DNA of 64,000 nucleotides. Source: a bacterium. GTDB lineage: Bacteria; Bacteroidota; Ignavibacteria; UBA10030. The notes under the pieces are model-generated. The model was not told the origin of the DNA and did no database searches. It saw only the letters and a list, made by a program, of their open reading frames with translations. The position numbers were made by a program, and so were the translations under genes. Shown piece by piece: positions 48,593 through 58,695 of the stretch. The stretch lies in the NCBI GenBank assembly GCA_043803945.1, contig JAZDJN010000048.1, positions 1 to 64,000 on the forward strand. Direction: 5' to 3'. Position 1 is the first letter of the stretch. Every line of letters begins with the position of its first letter.

Positions 48593-49420
48593 ATGCTTAT
48601 CCAATTCCTTCATCGACTCATGCAGCTTCGCTATCGATTCTATGGGATCGAGAACCGCCGTCTCGTTCTCGAACGGTGTACTCTTCATTATTATTGTAAT
48701 CGCTGTGCAAATCCAAAAGGGATTCTCATTTTCCTGCATGGACTGGGAACATCGTCGAGTACATGGTTTCGTATTCTCCCATCGTTTACAGATCAGTATC
48801 AGTGCTATGCCATTGATTTGCCGGGATTCGGATTGTCCAGTGTGAACGGCAAGGGATGGTTTACCCTTCTGGATCATGTCCAGACTGTTTCTGCTTTTTG
48901 TCATGCCCTCGCTCTTGAATCCTATACTCTTATCGCCCATTCTCTTGGAGGATGGATCGCTATGCACCATGGAGTGCTTAACGCATCCAGGGTTGACCAG
49001 CTTATTCTACTCGATACCGCCGGACTATGGTTTGAGGGAATCGACGAACTGCAAACGGTCTTTGATATCAAGTCAACGAGAGATACACAGAGGCTGCTGG
49101 ATCGTCTCTGGTATAATTACCCATGGTATATGAAGCTTTTCACCCCGGCTGTGACCACTCACCTTCAGAAGAAGAATTGTTCAGAATTTATTCACTCGAT
49201 CTCGTCCTCGGATCTCTTACACCATGAAGTGAGCAAACTCGTTTGTCCGGTGACGGTTATCTGGGGAGAGGAAGATCGGTTGATTCCCAAGAGTGTGATG
49301 TTGATGCTTCAGCAGTTAGTACCGCATCTCCGAAGTATCACCATCCCGAAGTGCGGGCATATTCCTCAGCTTGAACGTCCGAAGGAGCTCAATTGCATAT
49401 TGCACGGAATTTTTCCATGA
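48593..49420 (+). CDS. Alpha/beta hydrolase
   Basis: LHGLG, DLPGFG, HSLGG nucleophile elbow, WGEED, CGH. Confidence 0.88.
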   Translation: MLIQFLHRLMQLRYRFYGIENRRLVLERCTLHYYCNRCANPKGILIFLHGLGTSSSTWFRILPSFTDQYQCYAIDLPGFGLSSVNGKGWFTLLDHVQTVSAFCHALALESYTLIAHSLGGWIAMHHGVLNASRVDQLILLDTAGLWFEGIDELQTVFDIKSTRDTQRLLDRLWYNYPWYMKLFTPAVTTHLQKKNCSEFIHSISSSDLLHHEVSKLVCPVTVIWGEEDRLIPKSVMLMLQQLVPHLRSITIPKCGHIPQLERPKELNCILHGIFP

Positions 49421-49436
49421 GGGATTGATGGATTAG

Positions 49437-49757
49437 TTGGATGAGATAGAAAAAGAACTTCAGCGTTCGGTGGACGCGCAACGGCTCAGTCAGGAGGGAA
49501 AAGTACGGGTCTCAGCCCGACGTGCTGCCGGATTAGCCATTACTGAGTATCAGAAAAGGGAGGGGGCAGCATGGTATGGGAATGACTTCATTCAACAGCT
49601 TCGGGCATTTGCCTTTGATCCAACAATACCTCTTCATGTCCGTGAAGCGGCGTATCGTCTTCAGTCGAGGCTCTCCCGTGACTTTCGTTCGATCTCACAT
49701 GACCCTGTGTCGGATGCCAAATTGATCATCGAGTACATCCGCCAAGTCTTACGCTAG
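49437..49757 (+). CDS. Hypothetical protein
   Basis: 106-aa ORF in operon position, TTG start. Confidence 0.65.
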   Translation: MDEIEKELQRSVDAQRLSQEGKVRVSARRAAGLAITEYQKREGAAWYGNDFIQQLRAFAFDPTIPLHVREAAYRLQSRLSRDFRSISHDPVSDAKLIIEYIRQVLR

Positions 49758-49760
49758 CTC

Positions 49761-49901
49761 TTAGAGCCCCTGCTCCGCCGCTGCGTCATTGCTGCCATAT
49801 TTCAGTCGTTCTGTCTTGAATCGATCGTGTTTCCTTTTGAGGATGAAAATCGGGACCGCGACCAGCAAGAACAAACCTGTGTATAATGCAAACCGTTTCA
49901 T
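49761..49901 (-). CDS. Small single-TM protein
   Basis: MKRFALYTGLFLLVAVPIFIL... with AGGGA RBS; 3' part of ORF 49761-50102. Confidence 0.5.
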   Translation of the reverse strand: MKRFALYTGLFLLVAVPIFILKRKHDRFKTERLKYGSNDAAAEQGL

Positions 49902-50183
49902 AAAAGAGTTCCCTGCAAATTGGTTCCAATAATTAAGAATCGGGGGAGATATTGAGCATTGATCTTCAACTACTCCAGTAAAAGATAACATTTCTGGGGG
50001 TACTCCAATGTATTGACGGTCACACAGATGGATCTCCTGCGCATGTCCACACTGCTTCCGGATTTCTCCTTGACTTTCATTACAACACGAAATATATTTC
50101 ATTCAGTGGGTGAGGATTACGTAGAGAGGAGACTCTCCAAAACATCCATTCACAATGGTTTATCGCCAAAACAACGATAGTCA

Positions 50184-50867
50184 ATGACCGAAGAAATAAA
50201 CTTTTTACAAAATGTTCCTCTCTTTGAGGATTTAGGTGTGGACGAGCTCAACAAGATTGCCAAACTTGGCGTCCGGAAAAAATATAAGAGGGGAAATATT
50301 GTCGTTCTTGAACAGGAGATGGGAGCAGCGCTCTTCATTATTATCTCCGGCAAAGTGAAAATTGTACGGACCGATGAAGAAGGACGAGAGGTCATCCTCT
50401 CAATTTTTGGTCCCGGTGAATTTTTTGGTGAGATGTCATTATTGGATGGTTTAGCGAGATCGGCAAGTGTTGTCGCGTTAGCAAAAGCAGAACTGTTCAT
50501 GATTCATCGCAGGGATTTCCTCAAGCTCTTACACGAGCATCCACAAGTGGCTATCTGCCTTCTTGGCGAATTAACCATGCGTCTTCGGAAAGCAGACAGC
50601 CAGATTAAAAGCCTCTCTCTCAAAGATGCAGCAGGCCGCGTAGCAAATGTTATTCTCATGCTCGCGGACGATATCGGTGTTTTCCGTAAAGGAAAAGTGG
50701 AGATCGATGAACTGCCGTTACAGCAGGACATGGCTAATATGGCCGGTACCTCGCGCGAGACAGTTTCCCGGATGATCCATAAATTTATAACCGATGGTCA
50801 TCTGATTCTCAACGGCAATAAGCTCATCATCAATGATTACGACGAATTCCGTCGAATGCATCTCTAG
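50184..50867 (+). CDS. Crp/Fnr family transcriptional regulator
   Basis: FGEMSL...RSA cNMP pocket; HTH GTSRETVSR. Confidence 0.95.
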   Translation: MTEEINFLQNVPLFEDLGVDELNKIAKLGVRKKYKRGNIVVLEQEMGAALFIIISGKVKIVRTDEEGREVILSIFGPGEFFGEMSLLDGLARSASVVALAKAELFMIHRRDFLKLLHEHPQVAICLLGELTMRLRKADSQIKSLSLKDAAGRVANVILMLADDIGVFRKGKVEIDELPLQQDMANMAGTSRETVSRMIHKFITDGHLILNGNKLIINDYDEFRRMHL

Positions 50868-50877
50868 TACCTGATCC

Positions 50878-51070
50878 AGGAACTACGTTTGCGTTTGATC
50901 CAATAAAGCCGTCACTGGAGACGAATCCCGCCTCGAGGCAGGGTGCGGGCTTCGCATGGAGGCGGGGATAAAGAATCGCAAGACGGTTTTCAGACGGCAC
51001 GCGCTGCGTTGACAAGCAGCAACCCTTCCGCTCTGGGCAAACAAATCGAGCGCTGATAAAAGGAAATTTC
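50878..51070 (+). ncRNA. Probable 6S RNA (ends approximate)
   Basis: Outer stem GCGTTTGAT (50891-50899)/ATCGAGCGC (51045-51053), asymmetric central bubble, inner stem GCCGTC (50908-50913)/GACGGC (50993-50998), about 190 nt. Confidence 0.55.
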
Positions 51071-51098
51071 ACATGTCAAACTTTGAACAACTATACTC

Positions 51099-51992
51099 AT
51101 GGCACAATCGGTGGAGTCGGGGACTCGTGAAGAAGCCCGCGCAGCGGGCAGGTCCGCTTTTCAGTCCGCATCGGGTCGCGCTGATCTGCATACGCATACC
51201 GTGTATTCAGATGGTGCTTTATCATCGCAAGAACTGGTGACGAAGGCACACGAAGCGGGATTTGCCGTCATTTCGATTACGGATCATGACAACATTGGAG
51301 CGCTTGATGAAGCAATAGGATGTGGGACGCAGGTTGGGATTGAGGTCATTCCGGGAGTTGAGTTAAGTGTTGCATTCAACGACCGAGATATCCATCTGCT
51401 CGCCTACTTCATTGATTTCAAGAACAAGGATCTTCTCGACTACCTCACGTTCTTTCAAGTCGAGCGATTCAAGCGTGCGGAGCGCATCGTTGGAAAGTTG
51501 AATAAGCTCAACATTCCCATCACGATGGACGGCATTCTCAAACAGTCAGGACTGGGTTCCGTGGGAAGGCCGCATATCGCTTATGCCTTGCTGGAGGGAG
51601 GATGGACGTCCACTTACCAGGAGGCGTTCGAACGATTTATCGGTGTGGGCGGGCCTGCGTACGAAAAGAAGTATCAATTAGCACCACATGAAGCATTGCA
51701 GCTCATCAGCCAAGCAGGCGGCTTATCATTTCTTGCTCATCCCGGGAAGTATACGAGTGAATTTGAAATTTCACAGTTCATCAAGCTCGGCCTGGATGGA
51801 ATCGAGGTTGTTCATCCATCCCATGATGAACGGCGTAAGGAATATTATCGCAGCGTGATCAACCAGTATTTTCTTCTGGAAAGCGGTGGTTCGGATTTCC
51901 ACGGCGGCAAGAAAAACGATGACTATGCTTTCGGTACCTTTACCGTCTCCATGCAAGTCGTCGAAGCGATGAAGAAAAGATTGTTTTGTTAA
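51099..51992 (+). CDS. PHP-domain phosphoesterase (YciV/TrpH-like)
   Basis: DLHTHT..SDG, ITDHD, GRPH, LAHP, GGSDFHG. Confidence 0.92.
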   Translation: MAQSVESGTREEARAAGRSAFQSASGRADLHTHTVYSDGALSSQELVTKAHEAGFAVISITDHDNIGALDEAIGCGTQVGIEVIPGVELSVAFNDRDIHLLAYFIDFKNKDLLDYLTFFQVERFKRAERIVGKLNKLNIPITMDGILKQSGLGSVGRPHIAYALLEGGWTSTYQEAFERFIGVGGPAYEKKYQLAPHEALQLISQAGGLSFLAHPGKYTSEFEISQFIKLGLDGIEVVHPSHDERRKEYYRSVINQYFLLESGGSDFHGGKKNDDYAFGTFTVSMQVVEAMKKRLFC

Positions 51993-51998
51993 TCATCT

Positions 51999-52502
51999 AT
52001 GAATAGAGAACGTTCGAAGGCTGAGTTGCCAAAGCGAGCCGCTAAAGGTGTCTCGATTGCAATCGTTGTGAGCCGGTTCAATGAGGAGATTACAAGTCAG
52101 CTTCTCGAAGACGCCTTGAAGTGCCTTTCCCACTATGGCTGCCGACGAATTGATAACGATGTATTCTTCTGTCCGGGTGCTTTTGAATTACCTCAGGTTG
52201 CGAATCGTTTATGTGCAAAGAAGCAATGGGACGCGATCATTTGTCTCGGTGCAGTCATTCGGGGTGAGACACCGCACTTTGAATATGTTTCTTCAGAGAC
52301 TGCCCGCGGATTGCAGCATGTCGCACTGAAATTCGCGATTCCGATCGTTTTCGGAGTGCTGACAACCAATACGATACAGCAGGCACGTGAACGGGCAGGA
52401 GGAAAGCACGGTCATAAAGGCTGGGATGCAGCCGTTACGGCACTTGAGATGGTCGCGTTGTTTCGGACAATTTCCCGCACTGGAAAAACTCATGCAGGAT
52501 AA
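51999..52502 (+). CDS. ribH: 6,7-dimethyl-8-ribityllumazine synthase
   Basis: SRFN, PGAFELP, LGAVIRGETPHFEYV, FGVLTT. Confidence 0.96.
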   Translation: MNRERSKAELPKRAAKGVSIAIVVSRFNEEITSQLLEDALKCLSHYGCRRIDNDVFFCPGAFELPQVANRLCAKKQWDAIICLGAVIRGETPHFEYVSSETARGLQHVALKFAIPIVFGVLTTNTIQQARERAGGKHGHKGWDAAVTALEMVALFRTISRTGKTHAG

Positions 52503-54840
52503 GAAATCAATTGACCGTCGAATGAATCTGACTCTGCCTCTTTCTCTCCTTGCTTCCTTGCTCTGCCTCCACCACGCGTTCGCCCAAAACGGAGCAACTC
52601 CACTGCGCCTTGATCTTGGGAAATGGAAAAGTTATACGACGATGAGTAACGCACGAGCAGCCTCCTGGAGTAACGATAGTCTCTGGTCGGCAACGGAAGG
52701 CGGACTTTTATTGTACATCGCTTCTTCCAATCGCTATGTGAAGTACACAAATAGCGACGGATTGAGCACAAACGATCTTACCGCACTAACCATCGATCGG
52801 CTTGGCAGAATCTGGATCGGTTCTTCCGATGGATATTTGAATATGCTGAATCCTAAAACGGGAGAATGGAAAGAGTTCACAGGGATCAAAGACTCACCGA
52901 AAATCCAGAAAGCTGTCAGAACACTTTCAACGTCCGGCGATACCGTGTTTGTGGGGACGGATTTTGGGATTGTCCTGTTTCTCATGAATCGATCTGAATT
53001 CGGCGACACCTATTCCAGTTTCGGTTTTTCAACACAAACCCGTGTTCATGAGATTCTTGTCGTCAGGGATCGGCTCTGGGCTGCTACTGACTTCGGTGTA
53101 ATCAGTGCAATGCGCCACGAAGGTAATCTCTCTTCGCCATCATCCTGGAAGCGATACGAATCGGCTGGAATCCAATCCCTCCAGTCGGCAAAAGCGCTCT
53201 GTCTTTTCCGCGACACCCTTCTTGTCGGAACGAACTCCGGAGTCGCATACTTCAACGGCAGTGTTTTTTTACCCTTGACTGCCTTCGATGGCTCAACAAT
53301 CATTGACCTGGATGCCGGAGCGGGTGATGTTACTGCATTGCAAACCAGCAGCACGAATTTCATCATCAAGCGAATCCAGAGGGTCTTTGGGCCTATGGTG
53401 ATTGTCGCCTCGAATGAGACTTCGGGAGCAGCCGGCTTAGCTCTTCATCGTCCGAAGAATGAGCTTTGGATTTCTACTTCCTCGTTCGGGATGATGCAGT
53501 GGTCAGGCACAGGCTGGATCTCATTTCTCCCGAACGGTCCACGCTCGAACCTCTTCAGCACTATGGCGATTGATCCTGCAGGCGTTGTATGGACCGCTAC
53601 GGGATCTAGTACCAGAGGTCAAGGCTTTTACCGTTTTAATCCTGCGCTTCCGGAAGGTTCGCGGTGGAAAAATTTTTCGGTCGATCAGTATCCACTCATG
53701 CACAACAATGACTATTATAGAATTTCGATCGCTGGGAATTCGGTTTGGGCCAGCGCTTGGGGGTATGGTGCGGTGGAGTTGAGCGGTGATTCTATTGTCC
53801 GAAGGCTCGATGAGACGACCACTCCGGCTCTTGCCGGTATTACTGGCTATCCTTCCTACGTGGTAGTGGGTGGGGCTGCTCAGGATTCCAAAGGACATAC
53901 ATGGCTTGTTAACCGTGGTGCAGTCAACGGTAACCATCTATTAGAATTCCTTGATGCCCAAACTGTTATCTATCGATCCGCTATCGGTTCGGGGATTCTT
54001 CATGGGGTCGTAATTGATGGGAATGGCACAAAGTGGTTTACCAATGCGGAGACCTATGTAAAACATTCTACTGAGGGATTGATTTTTTTTAATGAAGGTA
54101 AGATCATATCTGGTACAGAGAATACGAATGGTTGGGGAGTATTGCGGAAAGAGGATGGATTATTGCCAGCAGTGGGAGCGAGCAATGTTATCATTTCGCT
54201 GGCAGTTGACCTTGAAGGCGATCTCTGGGTGGGCACGGATGCCGGGCTGGTTGTGATCCGTGAGCCGCGGGCCCCTCGGGCAACAAACTCAACCACAGCT
54301 ATTTTCTCTTTTGCCAATCAGGTCATCCAGGCAATTGCAGTCGATGCAGTGAACAATAAGTGGATCGGAACAAAAGAAGGCATTGTCGTAGTCAATCAGG
54401 ATGCGACGCAGATTCTTGGACAGTATACGGTCAGCAACACGCAGGGAAAATTACTCGATAACGATGTCCGCTCGATTGTGATTGATCAAAAACGTGGCAT
54501 CATTTATTTTGGGACAGAGAAAGGATTATCTAGTCTGGAGATTGCGCCGGTGGCAACGGAGCGGTCCTTCTCAACGCTTGACCTTGGGCCAAATCCTTTT
54601 TTACTTCCAGCACTCCAGCCGCTCAGCATCCGGAACCTTATGGCAGAAACCTCCATAAAAATTCTAGCGGTGGATGGTACCCTTGTTCGGGAATTCAGGG
54701 CACAGGGTGGCGGCAGGGCGTACTGGGATGGGAGAGATGTCCGCGGAGAGTATGTCTCTTCGGGTATCTACTATATTGTCGCGTATGCCGAAAATGGGAA
54801 TGAAGTCACGACAGGGAAGGTTGCCGTGGTTCGAAAATAA
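52492..54840 (+). CDS. PorZ-like beta-propeller protein with C-terminal Ig-like domain
   Basis: Signal peptide, propeller repeats (IAVDAVNNKWIGT, IYFGTEKGL), PNPF..WDGRD..G..VSSGIY. Confidence 0.78.
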   Translation: MQDKKSIDRRMNLTLPLSLLASLLCLHHAFAQNGATPLRLDLGKWKSYTTMSNARAASWSNDSLWSATEGGLLLYIASSNRYVKYTNSDGLSTNDLTALTIDRLGRIWIGSSDGYLNMLNPKTGEWKEFTGIKDSPKIQKAVRTLSTSGDTVFVGTDFGIVLFLMNRSEFGDTYSSFGFSTQTRVHEILVVRDRLWAATDFGVISAMRHEGNLSSPSSWKRYESAGIQSLQSAKALCLFRDTLLVGTNSGVAYFNGSVFLPLTAFDGSTIIDLDAGAGDVTALQTSSTNFIIKRIQRVFGPMVIVASNETSGAAGLALHRPKNELWISTSSFGMMQWSGTGWISFLPNGPRSNLFSTMAIDPAGVVWTATGSSTRGQGFYRFNPALPEGSRWKNFSVDQYPLMHNNDYYRISIAGNSVWASAWGYGAVELSGDSIVRRLDETTTPALAGITGYPSYVVVGGAAQDSKGHTWLVNRGAVNGNHLLEFLDAQTVIYRSAIGSGILHGVVIDGNGTKWFTNAETYVKHSTEGLIFFNEGKIISGTENTNGWGVLRKEDGLLPAVGASNVIISLAVDLEGDLWVGTDAGLVVIREPRAPRATNSTTAIFSFANQVIQAIAVDAVNNKWIGTKEGIVVVNQDATQILGQYTVSNTQGKLLDNDVRSIVIDQKRGIIYFGTEKGLSSLEIAPVATERSFSTLDLGPNPFLLPALQPLSIRNLMAETSIKILAVDGTLVREFRAQGGGRAYWDGRDVRGEYVSSGIYYIVAYAENGNEVTTGKVAVVRK

Positions 54841-54971
54841 AATTTGGTGGGGTGTTGGTTGACGGTGCAATCCCAGTTCGCGCACAATTCGGATTGCTGC
54901 AATCCAGCGATAAGCGCAGGTGCACAGGACTAGTTCAACAATTATCTCATACGAAGGGAGAACGTTCTACC

Positions 54972-55259
54972 TTGGAAACTATCTATAAGGACGAAATCTA
55001 TACGAAGCGTGTCCGGGCTGGAAAACGAACATATTTCTTCGACGTCAAATCAACACGTTCTGAAAAGGATTTCTACATCACCATCACGGAAAGTAAACGT
55101 GTAAGTGACGAGAAATTTGAAAAGTATAAAATATTCCTCTACAAAGAAGATTTTGAAAAATTTCGGGATGCATTGGATGAGACAGTAGATTTCGTCCAGG
55201 GAAAATTGCAAGCTCGATGTACCGAGTTGGAAGCAGTCGAAGTAGCTGTTGAAAAGTAA
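54972..55259 (+). CDS. DUF3276 (PUR-like nucleic-acid-binding) protein
   Basis: VRAGKRTYFFDVKST..YITITESK..KIFLYKEDF; TTG start with GGGAG RBS. Confidence 0.88.
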   Translation: METIYKDEIYTKRVRAGKRTYFFDVKSTRSEKDFYITITESKRVSDEKFEKYKIFLYKEDFEKFRDALDETVDFVQGKLQARCTELEAVEVAVEK

Positions 55260-55384
55260 TTTACCAGACGAGAGTATCAGACCTACCTGTGCAACACCTG
55301 CTTGTACCTGAAGTGCATGCAGGTTCTGCCGGTTTACCTCCTAAACGTTCCGGAATCTATGGCGTATTGTTGTGAAGCTTCAGG

Positions 55385-56863
55385 TTATCCTGCGTTGTTT
55401 TCGAGAGGAATGATAAGGGTAAACGTACTTCCCTTCCGCAATTGACTCTTCACTTGAATTGACCCGTGATGGGCTTCGGCAATCCACTGTGCAATAGAGA
55501 GGCCCAGGCCGCTTCCTTCCATCTTGCTGCTGGTCTCTCCCTTGACACGATAAAAGCGATCAAAGATTTTTGGCAGATCTTTCCGCGATATTCCAATTCC
55601 CGTATCCTTTATGCTGATCATGGCCTGTCCATTAGTGCAGGTCAATGAAAGGGTCACGGTGCCCATGGGAGGGGTGTACTTCACGGCGTTCTCAACGAGA
55701 TTCAGTAGCAACTGCCGCAGCCGCGGGGCATCGCCCCGAACGATGGCGCTTCCAATCCGATCGACCTGGACCTTGATCTGTTTTTTCTCAGCAAGCACTC
55801 GGGTGTCTTCGGTGATCTCGTCAACGAGATGATCCAACTGAACATTATCGAACTGGAATACGAGTCTGCCGGTTTCGGATTTCACGAGTGTCATCAGACT
55901 CTCAACAATCGATGAAAGCCTCACCAGTTCATCATAGATACTCTCGAGCAGTTCACGGGTAGCAGGAGGGATTCGCTTCTTCCGCAATGCCACTTCTATT
56001 TCTCCGCGCATAATGGTCAGCGGGGTGCGAAGTTCGTGGGATGCATCAGCCGAGAATCGCTCGATTTGCGCAAACGATTCACGCAGCCGTCCGATCATAT
56101 TATTCAATGTTGCTGTGAGTCTTCCCAATTCATCATCCACTGTGCGGGCGGGCAATCGTTGATTGAGGTTCTGAGCGGTAATCATTTGTGCAGTTCGGGT
56201 AATATCATCGACCGGTTTCAGGGAATTATGAGCCAGGAACCATCCGCCGATCACCGAGATTAAGAGCGCAAGTGGGGAGAGATAGCCGAAGAGGGAAAAG
56301 ATCTGATCGAGAATTTCGTTCAAATCCTGTAACGGATAAGCGACGAAGATTTTCACATAATCGTTCTGCATCACGGCGAGGCGAAGTTCGCTCTTGTTTT
56401 CTCCGGGTATCGTCGCGATTGAAATCGATTTGTAGGGAATCGCATTGGATTGCAGTACGAGAGAACCCAGATTGGGCGATCCATAAAGCAGATCCCCGTT
56501 GCGGTCAAGTATTTGGATAAAATGCTTACGGGGACTCATCAGTGTATGCTGATAGATTTGAGACCAGATTTGATCGATCTCAGCCTCCTCCCGCTGCAGG
56601 GTATCGGGAGGCTGTGCACTCGCTATTTTTCGTAATTCCTGCAATTCAAGAATCGCCCGACGTTTCAAGCGGACTTTCTTCGCCTTCGGCTCGATGAATC
56701 CGTTGACCCACCATATTTCATTTTGCAGTGAGAGATCGAGCGAGTTGGAAAGCGAGGAGCGCGTAAAGAGATATGCCGTACTTCCAAATCCGAGCAGGGT
56801 GATCGCAACAAGAGCCGTATAGGCAAGAGTCAGTTTAGTGCGGATCGAGTGTAGAAACTTCAT
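55385..56863 (-). CDS. HAMP sensor histidine kinase (CusS-like)
   Basis: Two TMs, HAMP, ASHELRTP, NLVENAVKY, GSGLGL. Confidence 0.94.
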   Translation of the reverse strand: MKFLHSIRTKLTLAYTALVAITLLGFGSTAYLFTRSSLSNSLDLSLQNEIWWVNGFIEPKAKKVRLKRRAILELQELRKIASAQPPDTLQREEAEIDQIWSQIYQHTLMSPRKHFIQILDRNGDLLYGSPNLGSLVLQSNAIPYKSISIATIPGENKSELRLAVMQNDYVKIFVAYPLQDLNEILDQIFSLFGYLSPLALLISVIGGWFLAHNSLKPVDDITRTAQMITAQNLNQRLPARTVDDELGRLTATLNNMIGRLRESFAQIERFSADASHELRTPLTIMRGEIEVALRKKRIPPATRELLESIYDELVRLSSIVESLMTLVKSETGRLVFQFDNVQLDHLVDEITEDTRVLAEKKQIKVQVDRIGSAIVRGDAPRLRQLLLNLVENAVKYTPPMGTVTLSLTCTNGQAMISIKDTGIGISRKDLPKIFDRFYRVKGETSSKMEGSGLGLSIAQWIAEAHHGSIQVKSQLRKGSTFTLIIPLENNAG

Positions 56864-57549
56864 CGCTTACTCTGCGGTACTTCTTTCTCCGACAGACAAT
56901 ACCCTTTCCCACGAACTGTCTGGAGTAATTTTTTCTCCTGTCCTTCATCGATCTTCTTGCGGACATGGTTGATGTACACATCGACGATGTTGGTACCCGG
57001 GTCGAAGTTAAAACCCCAGATCTCCTTCGCAAGCTGCTGGCGTGTAACAAGCTTCGGTGAATTGCGCATGAGGTATTCAAGCAGTGCATATTCCCGAGCA
57101 GTCAACTCGATGGGCACTCCGCTGCGCGTGGCCTTATGGGTAACGGTATTCAGAAGGAGCATGCCGATTTTCAAGACGTTGCTACTCCTGCTTTCGCGAC
57201 GGAGCAGCGAACGGATGCGGGCAAGCAGTTCGTTGAATTTAAATGGTTTGGTGAGGTAATCATCGGCTCCGATATCCAAACCCTGAATAATATCTTCAGT
57301 CGTTCCGCGAGCTGTCAGCATCAACACCGGCAGTTTGCTTCCCTCCTTGCGCAGGGTCTTCAGCACTTCGAAGCCGTCTTTCTTCGGAAGCAGTACATCG
57401 AGGAGCATCAAATCGTAATTACCGCTCAATGCTTTTTTCTCTCCGACGAGACCATCAGGCGCCACATCGACCTGATAGCCTTCTGCTTCAAGCCCTTGCT
57501 GGATGAAGCGCGCTACCTTGACTTCGTCTTCTACTAACAGTATGTGCAT
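56860..57549 (-). CDS. OmpR-family response regulator
   Basis: LLVEDE, LLDVLLP, DYLTKPF, winged helix VDVYINHVRKKID..TVRGKGY. Confidence 0.96.
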   Translation of the reverse strand: MHILLVEDEVKVARFIQQGLEAEGYQVDVAPDGLVGEKKALSGNYDLMLLDVLLPKKDGFEVLKTLRKEGSKLPVLMLTARGTTEDIIQGLDIGADDYLTKPFKFNELLARIRSLLRRESRSSNVLKIGMLLLNTVTHKATRSGVPIELTAREYALLEYLMRNSPKLVTRQQLAKEIWGFNFDPGTNIVDVYINHVRKKIDEGQEKKLLQTVRGKGYCLSEKEVPQSKR

Positions 57550-57806
57550 AGCTCAAGCACTACTTGGTGATCAATATGCGAGGAACTCAAATCGATGAAA
57601 CGCCATCGCGTCCAACCCGAGAAAATGGTACAATAAACAGAACTGAAAAACAATAGCTTATCATAGAATTCATCGAATCAAGAGAATCTGCGAGTACTTG
57701 TATGGCCTGTGCAGAAATATGGACGATCAGCTTAAGAATTCTTCATTTGATAGTCTCTCTTTTTTCCGTATATTTTTCCAGATAAAAAAATAAACTAAGA
57801 CACGCG

Positions 57807-58664
57807 ATGAAAAAAACGTTATTCATTCTTCTCGTTGTTCTCCTTCTCCCCGGCTGTGTTGAGACGATCGCAATTCGAACCGTCGGTGGGATAATGGATT
57901 ACGGCTTCGAAGCCTTCAATGAAGAAGCGGATCTGCAGCTTGCCCATGAAGCCCTCGGCAGCAATCTCAAGTTGATTGAGGCGCTGATTAAAGGGGATCC
58001 CAAGAATCAGAAACTCCTTCTGCTCGCAGCGCAGGGATACAACGCTTATGCCCTTGCGTTTGCAGAAGATGACAGTGTTGAGCGGGCCCGAATGTTTTAC
58101 CTCCGTGCGAAAGAGTATAGCCTGCGAATTCTCAACCGAAACGCCCGTTTTCGCGATGCACATCAGAAATCTCCGGATGAATTTCAAGCAATGCTTCGAA
58201 CGATGTCAAAGTCTGACGTTCCTGCGATTTTTTGGACGGCATTCGCAGCAGCAAGCTATGTGAATATCTGCCTTACCGATTTGGAAGCAATGGCCGACGT
58301 TCCGAAGATTATCGCGATGATGGAATTCGTCATCGCCAATGAACCGACCTATTATTACGGGGGAGCGTACCTGGCGCTTGGAAGCATTGAGGCGACAAAG
58401 CCGCCGGCACTTGGAGGAAGGCCAGAAAAAGCCAAAGAATATTTTGAAAAAGCCATCGCTGCTTCCAATGGGAAATTTCTTCTCGCCACTGTGTACTATG
58501 CAAAAACATATGCTGTGCAGGTTCAGGATCAGGAATTATTCCTCTCGTTGTTGAAGAAAGTCGAAGAAGCGTCGCCCGATATACTTCCTGAGGCTCGGTT
58601 GCCGAACAGCGTGGCGAAGCACAAAGCTCGCGTACTCAGTACGAGAGTGAATGAACTGTTTTAA
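57807..58664 (+). CDS. TRAP-T transporter TatT lipoprotein
   Basis: Lipobox LPGC; P..LGGRPEKAKEYFE motif; first gene of a TRAP operon. Confidence 0.88.
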   Translation: MKKTLFILLVVLLLPGCVETIAIRTVGGIMDYGFEAFNEEADLQLAHEALGSNLKLIEALIKGDPKNQKLLLLAAQGYNAYALAFAEDDSVERARMFYLRAKEYSLRILNRNARFRDAHQKSPDEFQAMLRTMSKSDVPAIFWTAFAAASYVNICLTDLEAMADVPKIIAMMEFVIANEPTYYYGGAYLALGSIEATKPPALGGRPEKAKEYFEKAIAASNGKFLLATVYYAKTYAVQVQDQELFLSLLKKVEEASPDILPEARLPNSVAKHKARVLSTRVNELF

Positions 58665-58695
58665 CCCTACCAACCATCATGAATGTGGAGTTCCT

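Noticed and set aside
50878-51070. FMN riboswitch, given ribH two genes downstream
   Set aside because: Conserved FMN aptamer motifs are absent; the fold fits 6S better.
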